Shown here in pieces: positions 8,651 to 18,152 of a DNA stretch of 64,000 nucleotides. The notes beneath the pieces were generated by a model. It made no database searches and had not been told where the DNA came from. It saw nothing but the letters and a program-made list of their open reading frames with translations. Made by a program: the position numbers and the translations under genes. How positions within the stretch are numbered: the stretch's first letter is position 1; each line of letters starts with the position of its first letter. This DNA is from Spirochaetia bacterium (GTDB taxonomy: Bacteria; Spirochaetota; Spirochaetia; CADAEX01), in NCBI GenBank assembly GCA_045606105.1, contig JAZURI010000002.1:266823-330822 (forward strand). The letters run 5' to 3'.

Positions 8651-9751
8651 TCAATATCGGAATGTAATTCCACCCCCCAGAAGCATTCCGCCGAACTCAT
8701 CATATTCGTCATCATGGTCCGGAAGCCAGGTGGCATAACCGCATTCGCCCGAAATCAGGATATGGTCTCCAGCAGGAAATCCAGCCGTAAGCTTCATGCT
8801 TCCGCCCGTATAGCAGAACTCCCCTCCGGTACTTCCCCGCCCGATGGTAACAAGTGCGGAAATTTCGGTCTTTCCGAAACGGCGCATGGTCTTGAGTCCT
8901 CCGTAAAGACAGAAGAGTCCATCCCCGAAATCGTTATATTCAATTCCTGTTACGGGTCTGAAGGAGAGAAATCCCCTGAAATATTCCTGATAAGCTCCGA
9001 AGCAGCTCACTCCGTCGCCGAAGATATAGTCATAGTACAGATTCGTACCGAAGCCGGCAAGCCTGATTCTTTCAGCCCTGTCCCCCACCATTACCTTTTT
9101 ATCAAGCCAGGCCGCCTGGACAAAGGTTATGTCGTCCCTGACCTTGACGGCAAAGAGCTTTCCCTTTTTCTCCCCGTCTGCTGCCGAGAAAAGGCGGAAT
9201 TCATCCCCCTTCCGGACCTTGTCCTTCCGGCCGCAGTCAAGTACATATTCTCCCGAATATATTCCAGCAACCTGCCACAGGGACTGATCCCGGCTGATAC
9301 CGTCCATGATCCGGACCACACTCAGGGCTCCGTTTCCGAAGCACATTTCCAGGGCCTCATCCTCATCTTTTCCTGTTCCGGCTGCAGTGAAAACAGTTTC
9401 GGAAAGCAGTTCCGGACCTCTGAAAAGGGTATATCTGAACTCCAGGCTTATGAAAAGCCCCTCCGGATATTCCATTCTGTCGGCCTTTGTTATTTCCTGG
9501 ATAACCACGAATACACCTGAACCGGCATCGTAGTCCCCACCGTTTCCCGATATGTATCCTGCCCTGCGGAAGCTGCAGTCCCCTTTGACAAAAGGCTGCT
9601 CCATGAGGTAATAGCTCTGATGGCTCCTGATATCACCGGCATCGATTTCCGGGGATAAAGGGGCTTCCGCCAGGATGATTTCCGTTTTCTCATCCAGAGA
9701 AAAGAGAAGGACAGGCAGAAACAGAAAAATGAGAAACAGGTATTTTTTCAA
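8651..9751 (-). CDS. exported hypothetical protein, probable outer-membrane beta-barrel with FlgT_C-like middle domain
   Basis: Signal peptide MKKYLFLIFLFLPVLLFS; VLDCGRKDKVRKGDEFRLF; amphipathic Gly/aromatic-rich C-terminal strands ending GGGITFRY. Confidence 0.6.
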   Translation of the reverse strand: MKKYLFLIFLFLPVLLFSLDEKTEIILAEAPLSPEIDAGDIRSHQSYYLMEQPFVKGDCSFRRAGYISGNGGDYDAGSGVFVVIQEITKADRMEYPEGLFISLEFRYTLFRGPELLSETVFTAAGTGKDEDEALEMCFGNGALSVVRIMDGISRDQSLWQVAGIYSGEYVLDCGRKDKVRKGDEFRLFSAADGEKKGKLFAVKVRDDITFVQAAWLDKKVMVGDRAERIRLAGFGTNLYYDYIFGDGVSCFGAYQEYFRGFLSFRPVTGIEYNDFGDGLFCLYGGLKTMRRFGKTEISALVTIGRGSTGGEFCYTGGSMKLTAGFPAGDHILISGECGYATWLPDHDDEYDEFGGMLLGGGITFRY

Positions 9752-9752
9752 G

Positions 9753-11000
9753 TCAGACCCCGCTCCGTACCAGATTGATTATCACATCCACAGCCCTGAG
9801 CATGGCCGGTACAGCCACCCACTCCTTCTTCCCGTGGAAATTCTGCCCTCCGGTGAAGATATTGGGACAGGGATATCCCAGCTCGCTGAGCCTGGCACCG
9901 TCGGTACCGCCTCTGATAAGCTTGTATGAAAATTCAATACCGCTGTCGGAAACTGCCTTTTCCAGAAGATCGAGACATTTCCGGTTGTCCCTTATATACT
10001 CATACATGTTTGAATAGCTGCAGCTGAATTCCAGATTGATTTCAGCCTCCGGGTAGATGCTTTTCAGGGTCTCTCCGGCCTGCTCCATTATCTTTATGCG
10101 CCTTTCCATTCCTGCGGTATCAAAATCCCTGAGAATAAATACAATTTCGCAGCTTTCGATATCTCCCCTGAAGGAGGTAACGCAGAAATAGCCCTCTCTT
10201 CCGTCTGTGGATTCAGGCACCTCGTGGGCCGGCAGCATGGAAATGAGCCTGGAACCGAGAAATGCAGCATTGACCATTTTCCCCCTGGCGGTGCCGGGAT
10301 GGATGGATACCCCTTTTATGGAAACCGAAGCCCTGTATGCATTGAAGCATTCGGCCTCGATGCAACCCTCGGTATCGCCGTCCACCGTATAGATATAATC
10401 GGAGGTGATCTTTTTCAGAGGAAACCTGTCGGTTCCCATACCTATTTCCTCGTCCGGGGTAATGAATATTTCCATTGAATTGCGCTTTACCTCGGGATGA
10501 GCCATGAACCAGGATACTGCTGTCAGGATTTCAGCAATACCGGCCTTGTCATCGGCCCCCAGGAGAGTGGTTCCGTCGGCAGTGATAAGGGTTTCTCCCC
10601 TGTATTTCAGAAGAAGAGGAAAATCCTCCGGAGATATAACCACATTCCCTTTGAGTTTAATAGGATTTCCCTTGTATCTCCGGTGAATCACAGGCTTTAC
10701 ATCCTTCCCGGAAACCTCAGGTGATGTGTCGGCATGGGATATGAAGCCGAAGGTCTTTTCACCCTCCCCTGCATTGCCCGGAAGAAAGGCCCTGAGATAA
10801 CCGTTCCTGTCCACACGGGCATCCTTTACCCCCATGGCCTTCAGCTCGGCGGCAATCATCTTTACCAGCTGTGTCTGTCCCTCTGTAGTAGGACAAACCT
10901 TTCCTCCGTTTTCCTCACAGGAGGTGGTTTCTGTTTTTACATAACTGATAAATCTGTCAACAAGCTCTTTTTCAAAGAGGGAAATATCTTCATTTCTCAT
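9753..11000 (-). CDS. pepT: tripeptide aminopeptidase T (M20)
   Basis: [47 protein letters not shown] and NFHG. Confidence 0.97.
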   Translation of the reverse strand: MRNEDISLFEKELVDRFISYVKTETTSCEENGGKVCPTTEGQTQLVKMIAAELKAMGVKDARVDRNGYLRAFLPGNAGEGEKTFGFISHADTSPEVSGKDVKPVIHRRYKGNPIKLKGNVVISPEDFPLLLKYRGETLITADGTTLLGADDKAGIAEILTAVSWFMAHPEVKRNSMEIFITPDEEIGMGTDRFPLKKITSDYIYTVDGDTEGCIEAECFNAYRASVSIKGVSIHPGTARGKMVNAAFLGSRLISMLPAHEVPESTDGREGYFCVTSFRGDIESCEIVFILRDFDTAGMERRIKIMEQAGETLKSIYPEAEINLEFSCSYSNMYEYIRDNRKCLDLLEKAVSDSGIEFSYKLIRGGTDGARLSELGYPCPNIFTGGQNFHGKKEWVAVPAMLRAVDVIINLVRSGV

Positions 11001-11539
11001 TTTTTCTTTCCTTTTCTGCCGAGAATATCAAAAAATCCCTGAACAATGAATCTTATTCCGAAGAACATGACTGCAAAGACAACCAGAACTCCGGGGAAGC
11101 CGAAACGGGAAGTAAACCTGCTCAGGACCACGGCTGCAATAAAGACTGCCAGTCCGGTAAAAATATTTCCGTAACCGGAAATTTCCTTCTGAACCTTCTT
11201 TCCGGCGGTTCTTCCCCGGAACTGTGATATGGTACTGCTGAAAAAGTAATTGAAGGCACCCACGAACTCATCAGCCGAGTAGTTTTCGTAGGGATTTCTC
11301 CATCCCCCCGATTCACCGGTGGTCTTCCGCCTGAACATTTCGGCATCGTACTGGGATCTCTGTCCCGCATCGCTGAGAACTGCATAGGCACAGCTTATTT
11401 TCCTGAATTTATTCTCCGCTTCCTTATCTCCCGGATTGAAATCGGGATGATATTTCATGGCAAGCTCATGATAGGCCTTTTTTATTTCATCTGTAGTGGC
11501 ACTTCTGTTCACGCCCAATACATCATATAAATCTTCCAT
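10997..11539 (-). CDS. J-domain protein with two C-terminal TM helices
   Basis: DLYDVLGV...[21 protein letters not shown]; hydrophobic C-terminus. Confidence 0.88.
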   Translation of the reverse strand: MEDLYDVLGVNRSATTDEIKKAYHELAMKYHPDFNPGDKEAENKFRKISCAYAVLSDAGQRSQYDAEMFRRKTTGESGGWRNPYENYSADEFVGAFNYFFSSTISQFRGRTAGKKVQKEISGYGNIFTGLAVFIAAVVLSRFTSRFGFPGVLVVFAVMFFGIRFIVQGFFDILGRKGKKK

Positions 11540-11611
11540 GTATCAAAGATAACACATTTTATATAGACGATAAAAGCATTTTTATAGTAAAATGATTGAA
11601 AAGGAAAAAAA

Positions 11612-12931
11612 ATGGAAAAAATTAAAATCAATTACAGAATCTGGAGCAGACTTTCCGACAGACAGAAGGAAAAGATTTTTTCCAGAAGCGAAATCAATAT
11701 AAACGAAATCAGGGAAACCGTAGAAAAGATCATTTCCCGTGTAAAGAGATACAAGGATAAAGCCCTGGTGGAATATGCGGCAAAATTTGACAAGGCCGAT
11801 CTGACAGCTCTTCCGCTGAGGGTACAGGAGAAGGAATTTGAGGAGGCTGAAAGGTCTCTTTCGCCTGAGCTTAAGAAGGCTCTGGAATTCTCCATTGAAA
11901 ATGTCAGGAAATTCCATGTGGCAAACCGTCCGGCAGAGCATCCTGCCATTGAGGTATGTCCGGGAATCACAGCCTGTGAAAAGATGACACCGATAGAATC
12001 TGCCGGTCTCTATATACCGAGAGGAAGAGGAAGCTTCCCTTCCATGCTTTACATGCTGGGAGTTCCTGCGGTGGAAGCCGGTGTAAAAAGGGTCTGTGTC
12101 GTAACTCCTCCGAATCCGGACGGCAGTGTGGATGCAGCCTGTCTTTATGCGGCAAAGCTCTGCGGAATCTCAGAGGTGTACAGAACCGGAGGTGCCCAGG
12201 CAATAGCGGCCCTGGCTTACGGAACAGAATCCATAAAGCCTGTGGTAAAGGTTGTGGGACCGGGAAGCAAGTATGTTGCTGCTGCAAAAAGGATTCTTTA
12301 CGGAAAGATTGATGTGGGCCTTCCTGCAGGACCTTCCGAATCCATTCTCCTGGCAGATGAAACGGCAGATCCGTATCTGGCTGCCGTTGACCTCATGGTT
12401 GAGGCTGAACACGGCTCCGACTCATCTGCCCTCCTTGTAACCCCTTCAAAAAAGACTGCGGATGAAGTTCTCAGGCATCTGAAAAAGCTGATTCCCGAAA
12501 TTCCCGAACCAAGAAATACCTTCCTTTCCGATGTTTTCGGAGGATACGGCGGAATCATTCTTACTGAAAACATGGATGAGGCCTGCGATATCGTAAACAT
12601 GTTTGCTCCGGAGCACCTGGAGATCATGACTGAAAATCCGGCCGCCACAGCAGAAAAGATAACCAATGCGGGAGAAATTCTCCTGGGAGCCCATACACCG
12701 TTCTCCGCAGCAAATTACGCTACAGGTCCCAATGCGGTTCTCCCTACCGGCGGAACAGCAAAAACCTTCTCTCCGGTTTCCATCAGGGACTTCGTGAAAT
12801 TCACATCGGTAATCGAAGCAGACAGGAACGGATACGATGCAGTGGCACCTCATGTGGAGGCTATTGCTGATTACGAGGGATTTATCACACATGGAAATGC
12901 ATTCAAGCTCAGAAAGCTTTACAAGCCTTGA
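11612..12931 (+). CDS. histidinol dehydrogenase-family protein (non-canonical HisD paralog)
   Basis: GGAQAIAALAYGTESI, GPGSKYV..AK, PAGPSE and APEHLE; but EAEH and ANY..GPNAVLPT replace the canonical QAEH and GDY..GPNHVLPT. Confidence 0.9.
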   Translation: MEKIKINYRIWSRLSDRQKEKIFSRSEININEIRETVEKIISRVKRYKDKALVEYAAKFDKADLTALPLRVQEKEFEEAERSLSPELKKALEFSIENVRKFHVANRPAEHPAIEVCPGITACEKMTPIESAGLYIPRGRGSFPSMLYMLGVPAVEAGVKRVCVVTPPNPDGSVDAACLYAAKLCGISEVYRTGGAQAIAALAYGTESIKPVVKVVGPGSKYVAAAKRILYGKIDVGLPAGPSESILLADETADPYLAAVDLMVEAEHGSDSSALLVTPSKKTADEVLRHLKKLIPEIPEPRNTFLSDVFGGYGGIILTENMDEACDIVNMFAPEHLEIMTENPAATAEKITNAGEILLGAHTPFSAANYATGPNAVLPTGGTAKTFSPVSIRDFVKFTSVIEADRNGYDAVAPHVEAIADYEGFITHGNAFKLRKLYKP

Positions 12932-14249
12932 AGATGCTTTTCTCTACATAGAAAATTTTGCAAATCTTGAGCGGAGTCCCGAGCTTTCCGGCCATGAATA
13001 CAAGCTGGAAAGAATGGGGCTGATGCTTGATTATTTCGGCCGGCCGGAAAAGGCTTTCAATACTGTCCATATTGCAGGCTCCAAAGGGAAGGGCTCAACC
13101 ACGGCCATCTGCGGTGCAATACTGGAAAATCACGGATTCAAAACCGGCATGTTCACCTCTCCCCATCTGATTTCATACACCGAAAGGATAACCCTGGCAG
13201 GAAAACCCTTTGAGGATAATGTATATCTCAGGGAAATAAACAGGATAAAGAGAGCTCTGGAAACAGAGAACATTACGGGAAACCTGGGGAGACCCACCAC
13301 CTTCGAGCTGCTGACTCTTCTGGCATTCCTCATATTCAGAGAGGAAAAATGCAGCTGGGCCGTTATAGAAACAGGTCTGGGAGGAAGGCTGGACTGCACC
13401 AATCTCATTGTTCCCCGGGCATCTGTAATAACCACCATAGAACTGGAACACTGTGACATACTGGGAGATACCTATGAAAGGATTGCCTGTGAAAAAGGGG
13501 GCATAATCAAGGAGGGAATCCCGGTTTTCGTACAGAAGCAGAGGCCGGAAGCGGCAGATGTACTGAAACGGCAGGCCATGGAGAAAAATGCCCCCTTCCA
13601 TATGGCTGAAGCTGAAAATATCCCCGAAATCCTTGAAACAGGAACCGACGGAACCCTGTTCGGCCTGAATATACCGGGTCTGGGATACTCGGAATACAGA
13701 ACAAATCTTACCGGAATCTTTCAGGGAGATAACATTTTTATCGCACTTTTTGCTCTTTCCTCCGTTGTTCCGGGCTTTGATGCCGAAAAAGGGAAAAAGG
13801 GACTCCTCAATGTCAGGCTTGAAGGAAGAATGGAAATAAAAGGCAATGCCCCGCCGGTTGTCATTGACGGCTCCCATACAGAAGCCAGTGTCACGAAGCT
13901 TCTGGATTCTGTCCGGAGTATTTTCGGCGAGGGTGGGATACTTGTTTTCGGAAGCGTGAAAGGGAAAAATTTCAGAGGGATGGTCGATATACTGTTCAGC
14001 CATTTCCGGGATATAATAATTTCAAGACCCCGGGGCTACAAGGAGGCTGATACGGGAGAAATCTTCAGCTATGCATTGAAAAGGTTTCCGGAAAAAAGGA
14101 TACTGCATATTGAAAACTGCCGGGAGGCTCTGGAAAAAGCCCTGGAGCTGTCGGAAAACAGGATTCCGGTCATTGTAACAGGCTCCTTCTATCTGGCCGG
14201 GGCAATAAAGGAAATCCTCAACGGAAAGGATAAGAAGAATGTCACTTAA
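12891..14249 (+). CDS. folC: folylpolyglutamate synthase/dihydrofolate synthase
   Basis: VHIAGSKGKGST, FTSPHL...ERI, TTFELLT, ETGLGGRLDCTN, LEGRME, IDGSHT and VTGSFYLAG. Confidence 0.95.
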   Translation: MEMHSSSESFTSLEDAFLYIENFANLERSPELSGHEYKLERMGLMLDYFGRPEKAFNTVHIAGSKGKGSTTAICGAILENHGFKTGMFTSPHLISYTERITLAGKPFEDNVYLREINRIKRALETENITGNLGRPTTFELLTLLAFLIFREEKCSWAVIETGLGGRLDCTNLIVPRASVITTIELEHCDILGDTYERIACEKGGIIKEGIPVFVQKQRPEAADVLKRQAMEKNAPFHMAEAENIPEILETGTDGTLFGLNIPGLGYSEYRTNLTGIFQGDNIFIALFALSSVVPGFDAEKGKKGLLNVRLEGRMEIKGNAPPVVIDGSHTEASVTKLLDSVRSIFGEGGILVFGSVKGKNFRGMVDILFSHFRDIIISRPRGYKEADTGEIFSYALKRFPEKRILHIENCREALEKALELSENRIPVIVTGSFYLAGAIKEILNGKDKKNVT

Positions 14250-15633
14250 TTCTGCAGAAATAAATCTCATAATCAAGGAACTCAATCCGACAGGAAACTA
14301 TGTACAGAAAATAATACAGCCCGATTTTCATTCACTGATATTCGCAATCTATTCAGCCTCCGAGAGATACAATCTCATTGTCTCCATGAAGCCGGGAACC
14401 ACAAGGATTCACAGGTACCGCGGAAGAATTCCAAAGGCAGAAAAGCTGCAGCGCTTTTCACAGTTTCTCAGGTCCAGGATTCTGGGAGGGAAAATAACCG
14501 AATTCTCCCAGCCGGGAAACGACAGAATAGTAAAGATGACTGTGAGCCGCGGAGGAGAACCCACTACTCTCTGGATCAGGCTCTGGGGCGGAAATTCCAA
14601 TATCATAGCCGTGGACCGGGCAAACATCATTCTTGACAGCTACTACAGAAGACCTGCACGGAACGAGGTTTCGGGAGCAGAGCTGATATACGAAATCAAG
14701 GAAAAGGATCAGAGTGCCTTCAAGGTAAGACCTTATCCGCAGGAAACTGATTTCAACACATTCATAGACCGTCATTATTACGAGCTGGAATACAATGAAC
14801 TTCTGAAGCAGCTCAGGGAACAGGCCGCAGCTCTTGTTTCCAGAACAATATCCAGGCTTGAAATAAAGCTGGCAGGAACAGCCACCCTTCTGGAGAAATA
14901 CGGAAATTTCGAGCAGTTCAGACAGTACGGAGAGCTTATTCTCAGCAACTGCAGAAGCATAGGACGGGGCGATTCCTATCTGGAAACAGAGAATTACTAT
15001 AACGAGAATGAAATAATAAGGATACCGCTGGATACCAGGCTTACTCCCGGAGAAAACAGCGAAAAGTACTTTCACAGATACAAGAAGGCCAAGAACGGAC
15101 TGGAGCTGCTGAAGGATGAAAGACAGAACCTGGAATCAAGGCTGAAGGGACTGGAGACAACACGCAGGGAGCTGGCTGAGGAAACCGATATTTCCGTACT
15201 CAGGGAGTGGCTCAGCAAGGAACGGGAGCTTCAGAGCAAGGTAGTGGTCAGGCAGATTCCGGGACTGCAGTTTACGTCCGGGGGCTTTTCGATCTATGCA
15301 GGCCGTACAGCAAAAGAAAATGATGAGCTGCTGAGAAAGCATGTCAGGGGAAATGATTACTGGCTCCATACCAGGGACTATCCGGGCGGATACATATTCA
15401 TCAGAACTGCAAAAGGAAAATCGGTACCTCTGGATACCCTGCTGGATGCGGGGAATCTTGCAGTGCATTTCAGCAAGGGAAAAAACAATCACAGGGCCGA
15501 TGTCTATTATACACAGGTAAAATATCTCAGGAGAGCAAAGGACGGTCCTACAGGACTGGTTATTCCTACACAGGAAAAGAACCTCTCCATAACCAGGGAT
15601 GAAGGAAGACTGAAGCGTCTTCTGGGAGAATGA
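14239..15633 (+). CDS. NFACT-family ribosome quality-control factor (RqcH/Rqc2/FbpA homolog)
   Basis: Q...DRIV, coiled coil with ENSEKYFHRYKKAK, and NFACT-R motifs GRTAKENDEL, DYWLHTRDYPGGY and VYYTQVKYL. Confidence 0.92.
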   Translation: MSLNSAEINLIIKELNPTGNYVQKIIQPDFHSLIFAIYSASERYNLIVSMKPGTTRIHRYRGRIPKAEKLQRFSQFLRSRILGGKITEFSQPGNDRIVKMTVSRGGEPTTLWIRLWGGNSNIIAVDRANIILDSYYRRPARNEVSGAELIYEIKEKDQSAFKVRPYPQETDFNTFIDRHYYELEYNELLKQLREQAAALVSRTISRLEIKLAGTATLLEKYGNFEQFRQYGELILSNCRSIGRGDSYLETENYYNENEIIRIPLDTRLTPGENSEKYFHRYKKAKNGLELLKDERQNLESRLKGLETTRRELAEETDISVLREWLSKERELQSKVVVRQIPGLQFTSGGFSIYAGRTAKENDELLRKHVRGNDYWLHTRDYPGGYIFIRTAKGKSVPLDTLLDAGNLAVHFSKGKNNHRADVYYTQVKYLRRAKDGPTGLVIPTQEKNLSITRDEGRLKRLLGE

Positions 15634-15634
15634 C

Positions 15635-16420
15635 ATGACAAGAGAATCAATAGTAGAAGGAATTTTTTATCCGGCTGACAGGGATGCACTTGAAAATGAA
15701 ATAAAATCACTGCTGGAATCGGCGGCTGCAGCACCGGGAGAAGCGGCAGGGATACTGGTTCCCCATGCCGGTTACAGATACACCGGAAAAACGGCGGCCG
15801 AGGCCTTCCGGGCCTGTTCTCTCAGAAAGGTGAACCTGGCCGTGGTTATTTCTCCTGTAACCAGAGACCCTGAAGATGGTATCTTTCTTTCCGATTACCG
15901 GTTTTTCGAAACTCCTCTGGGCAGAATCAAAACCGACACGGAATCAACCGAGGCCCTTCTTAAACGGGGAGGCCGTTTTGTAAAGGATAATTTTCCCTTC
16001 ATGGAGGAGCACAGCATAGAGGTACAGCTTCCTTTCATACAGCACCTTTTTCCCGATGCCATGTTGCTGCCGGTACATGTGGGCAGACAGAACAGCGGAA
16101 CAATCAGACAGCTTATAAAGGGACTTCGGGAGCTTTTCGGAAAAAGAGAGGATATCCTTTATGTAGCTTCAGGCAATATAAGCGGATACCTGCCTGAAAA
16201 AGGGGCACGGGAACAGGCTGAAGCCTTCAAGGAGCTTGTTTTGGAAAACAGCCATGAAAAGATAACGGAGCAGCTTCTGACAAGAAATATTCTCCCCTCC
16301 TGTACAGGGTGCATGGCTGCAGTCATGGCAATGTGCGGTAACAGAAACATTTCCATAGCGGCTGAAAACAATTCCGGAGATGATAAAAGGGTTTACTACG
16401 CAGCTGCTGTCCTGAACTGA
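15635..16420 (+). CDS. MEMO1/AmmeMemoRadiSam protein B-like protein
   Basis: R...V.G.FYP, VPHAGYRYTG, FETPLG and EEHSIEVQLPF. Confidence 0.88.
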   Translation: MTRESIVEGIFYPADRDALENEIKSLLESAAAAPGEAAGILVPHAGYRYTGKTAAEAFRACSLRKVNLAVVISPVTRDPEDGIFLSDYRFFETPLGRIKTDTESTEALLKRGGRFVKDNFPFMEEHSIEVQLPFIQHLFPDAMLLPVHVGRQNSGTIRQLIKGLRELFGKREDILYVASGNISGYLPEKGAREQAEAFKELVLENSHEKITEQLLTRNILPSCTGCMAAVMAMCGNRNISIAAENNSGDDKRVYYAAAVLN

Positions 16421-18133
16421 TCAGATGCTGGAGAACTCAAAGCGATTGGTCCAGCTTTTTCCCGGACTTATAAGATCGGGACAACATACGGCATAGACAA
16501 GGGTGGCAACATATTTTCCGTCGGAGCTGAAGATATTCCGGTAAACGAAGCAGCAGCTTTTTTCAGATCTGATCCTGATAGTCTTTTTTCTGTCACTGAA
16601 CCTGATTTCCCGGTCTGTGATTACCGGCTCCGGTTTTTCGCTGTAATCTGTTATATTCAATGAAAAGTTAAAGCTGGTGGCAAAGCAGTTATCCATATCG
16701 ATACCGCCTACATTGACCACCTCGTAGACCACCTCGATGAAATCATCATGGAAAAAATATGTCTTGTTCAGCTTTGTGGCAAAGCTTGGATTTTTTCTTC
16801 GGCAGGAAAGGGCTACCTTTTTCTTTTCCCTGTCATGACAGTCCACATCAAAGAGAGTATCCTCCATGGATTCCTGAATATCCTCTTCCAGGGCGGCAGA
16901 GTCTCCAATGAAGCAGTTTCCCTTGAGGAAATAATCAATGAAAAGAGAGGTCCTTTCATTGGCCTTCACATGGCTGACATAATTCCAGGCCGGCTGGATA
17001 TTATCATATTCGAAAACAGAGGCTCCCGTTCTCCTGAGATAGGCATTGTACTTAAACCCATGATACAGGTACTGGTCAAAGCCCTCAAGCCTGTAGTCGG
17101 TCTTTATAAGTGACGGACAGAAAACACCCTCTGTACGGGTCAGCTTTTCAGCCTCTATAAAGCTACTGTATGCAAGACCGGTGGCAGGATGGGAAAAGAA
17201 TGAGAAATACCCCTGCCCTTCCCACAGATGCTCCTGAGCCGATTTTTTCTTGTACTTGTCTCCCCTGATCTGGTTGATGAGGGTCTGAACATAGGTCATC
17301 TTGGAATAGAGATTTGCCCCCTCCCTTGAATCCAGGAGATGTCTTTTTATCATGTTCCTGCACTGAAGGTATTCCTTGCAGATATCATACTCAGACCTGT
17401 TATATCTGGACGGGATGATGACATTGATTTTTCTGTTGGTGGAAATCTGATGGAAAAATTCCTTTACCCACGGAAACCCGATTCTGGAAAGCGATTCCCT
17501 GTTAAAAAATATGGAAACCACAGGATCGTTTCCCTTTACCTGCAGTATTTTCTGACAAAGCTCTGCCGGAGTCATTTCCGGAGCCTTATCAAGCATTCTG
17601 TCGGCAAGGGGAAAAACAGTAATTGTCTTGCCCTGATCCTCGGTGATGGAAACATGATATTCCGGCACCTTCTGGATGCTGGCCTCAATAAGATCTGACT
17701 TGTCTATAAACAGGTATTCGATATCCAGGTGCCTGAGACTGCTGACTACAGAGCTGTCCCAATGCCCCTCCTCAATCCTGCAGCCACGGGGTCTTTTTCC
17801 GAATTTCTGTCTGATTACCGTATTGAGTGCATCAATCTGCCCTATTCTGTCCTGAGGATGGATAAGGGAGAGACAAGGCTCGTAATAACCGCCGCTGATA
17901 AACTCAAACTGCTTTCTTTTTTTCTGCATTTCCAGAATAAAAACAGATATTTCGGGATGATTTTCATCAAACCAACTGTACCAGCGTCCTGAGAAATTGA
18001 TTACAAAAGGGATATCGGGAAATTCATACAGAATTTCAAGAAAAGGAAGATAAACTGAAGAAAAATCAGAATCAAAAGAATTGCCGGAAAACGGCATAGG
18101 CGATTTTCCGGACAATCCCAATATAAGCTTCAA
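16421..18133 (-). CDS. GH57 alpha-amylase/4-alpha-glucanotransferase-like protein, degenerate
   Basis: VYLPFLE.L..FP, INFSG, EFISGGYYEP.L.LI...DRIGQI, FGKRPRG and TEDQGK; TTG start 19 nt after the rnfB stop. Confidence 0.78.
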   Translation of the reverse strand: MKLILGLSGKSPMPFSGNSFDSDFSSVYLPFLEILYEFPDIPFVINFSGRWYSWFDENHPEISVFILEMQKKRKQFEFISGGYYEPCLSLIHPQDRIGQIDALNTVIRQKFGKRPRGCRIEEGHWDSSVVSSLRHLDIEYLFIDKSDLIEASIQKVPEYHVSITEDQGKTITVFPLADRMLDKAPEMTPAELCQKILQVKGNDPVVSIFFNRESLSRIGFPWVKEFFHQISTNRKINVIIPSRYNRSEYDICKEYLQCRNMIKRHLLDSREGANLYSKMTYVQTLINQIRGDKYKKKSAQEHLWEGQGYFSFFSHPATGLAYSSFIEAEKLTRTEGVFCPSLIKTDYRLEGFDQYLYHGFKYNAYLRRTGASVFEYDNIQPAWNYVSHVKANERTSLFIDYFLKGNCFIGDSAALEEDIQESMEDTLFDVDCHDREKKKVALSCRRKNPSFATKLNKTYFFHDDFIEVVYEVVNVGGIDMDNCFATSFNFSLNITDYSEKPEPVITDREIRFSDRKKTIRIRSEKSCCFVYRNIFSSDGKYVATLVYAVCCPDLISPGKSWTNRFEFSSI

Positions 18134-18152
18134 TCAAATACCCTGATAGAGA

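Noticed and set aside
8714-9520. 268-aa plus-strand ORF as an alternative to 8651-9751(-)
   Set aside because: The minus-strand ORF has a signal peptide and fits the operon (1 nt after pepT); this one has no recognisable features
13173-14003. 276-aa minus-strand ORF inside folC
   Set aside because: Antisense shadow of an unambiguous folC
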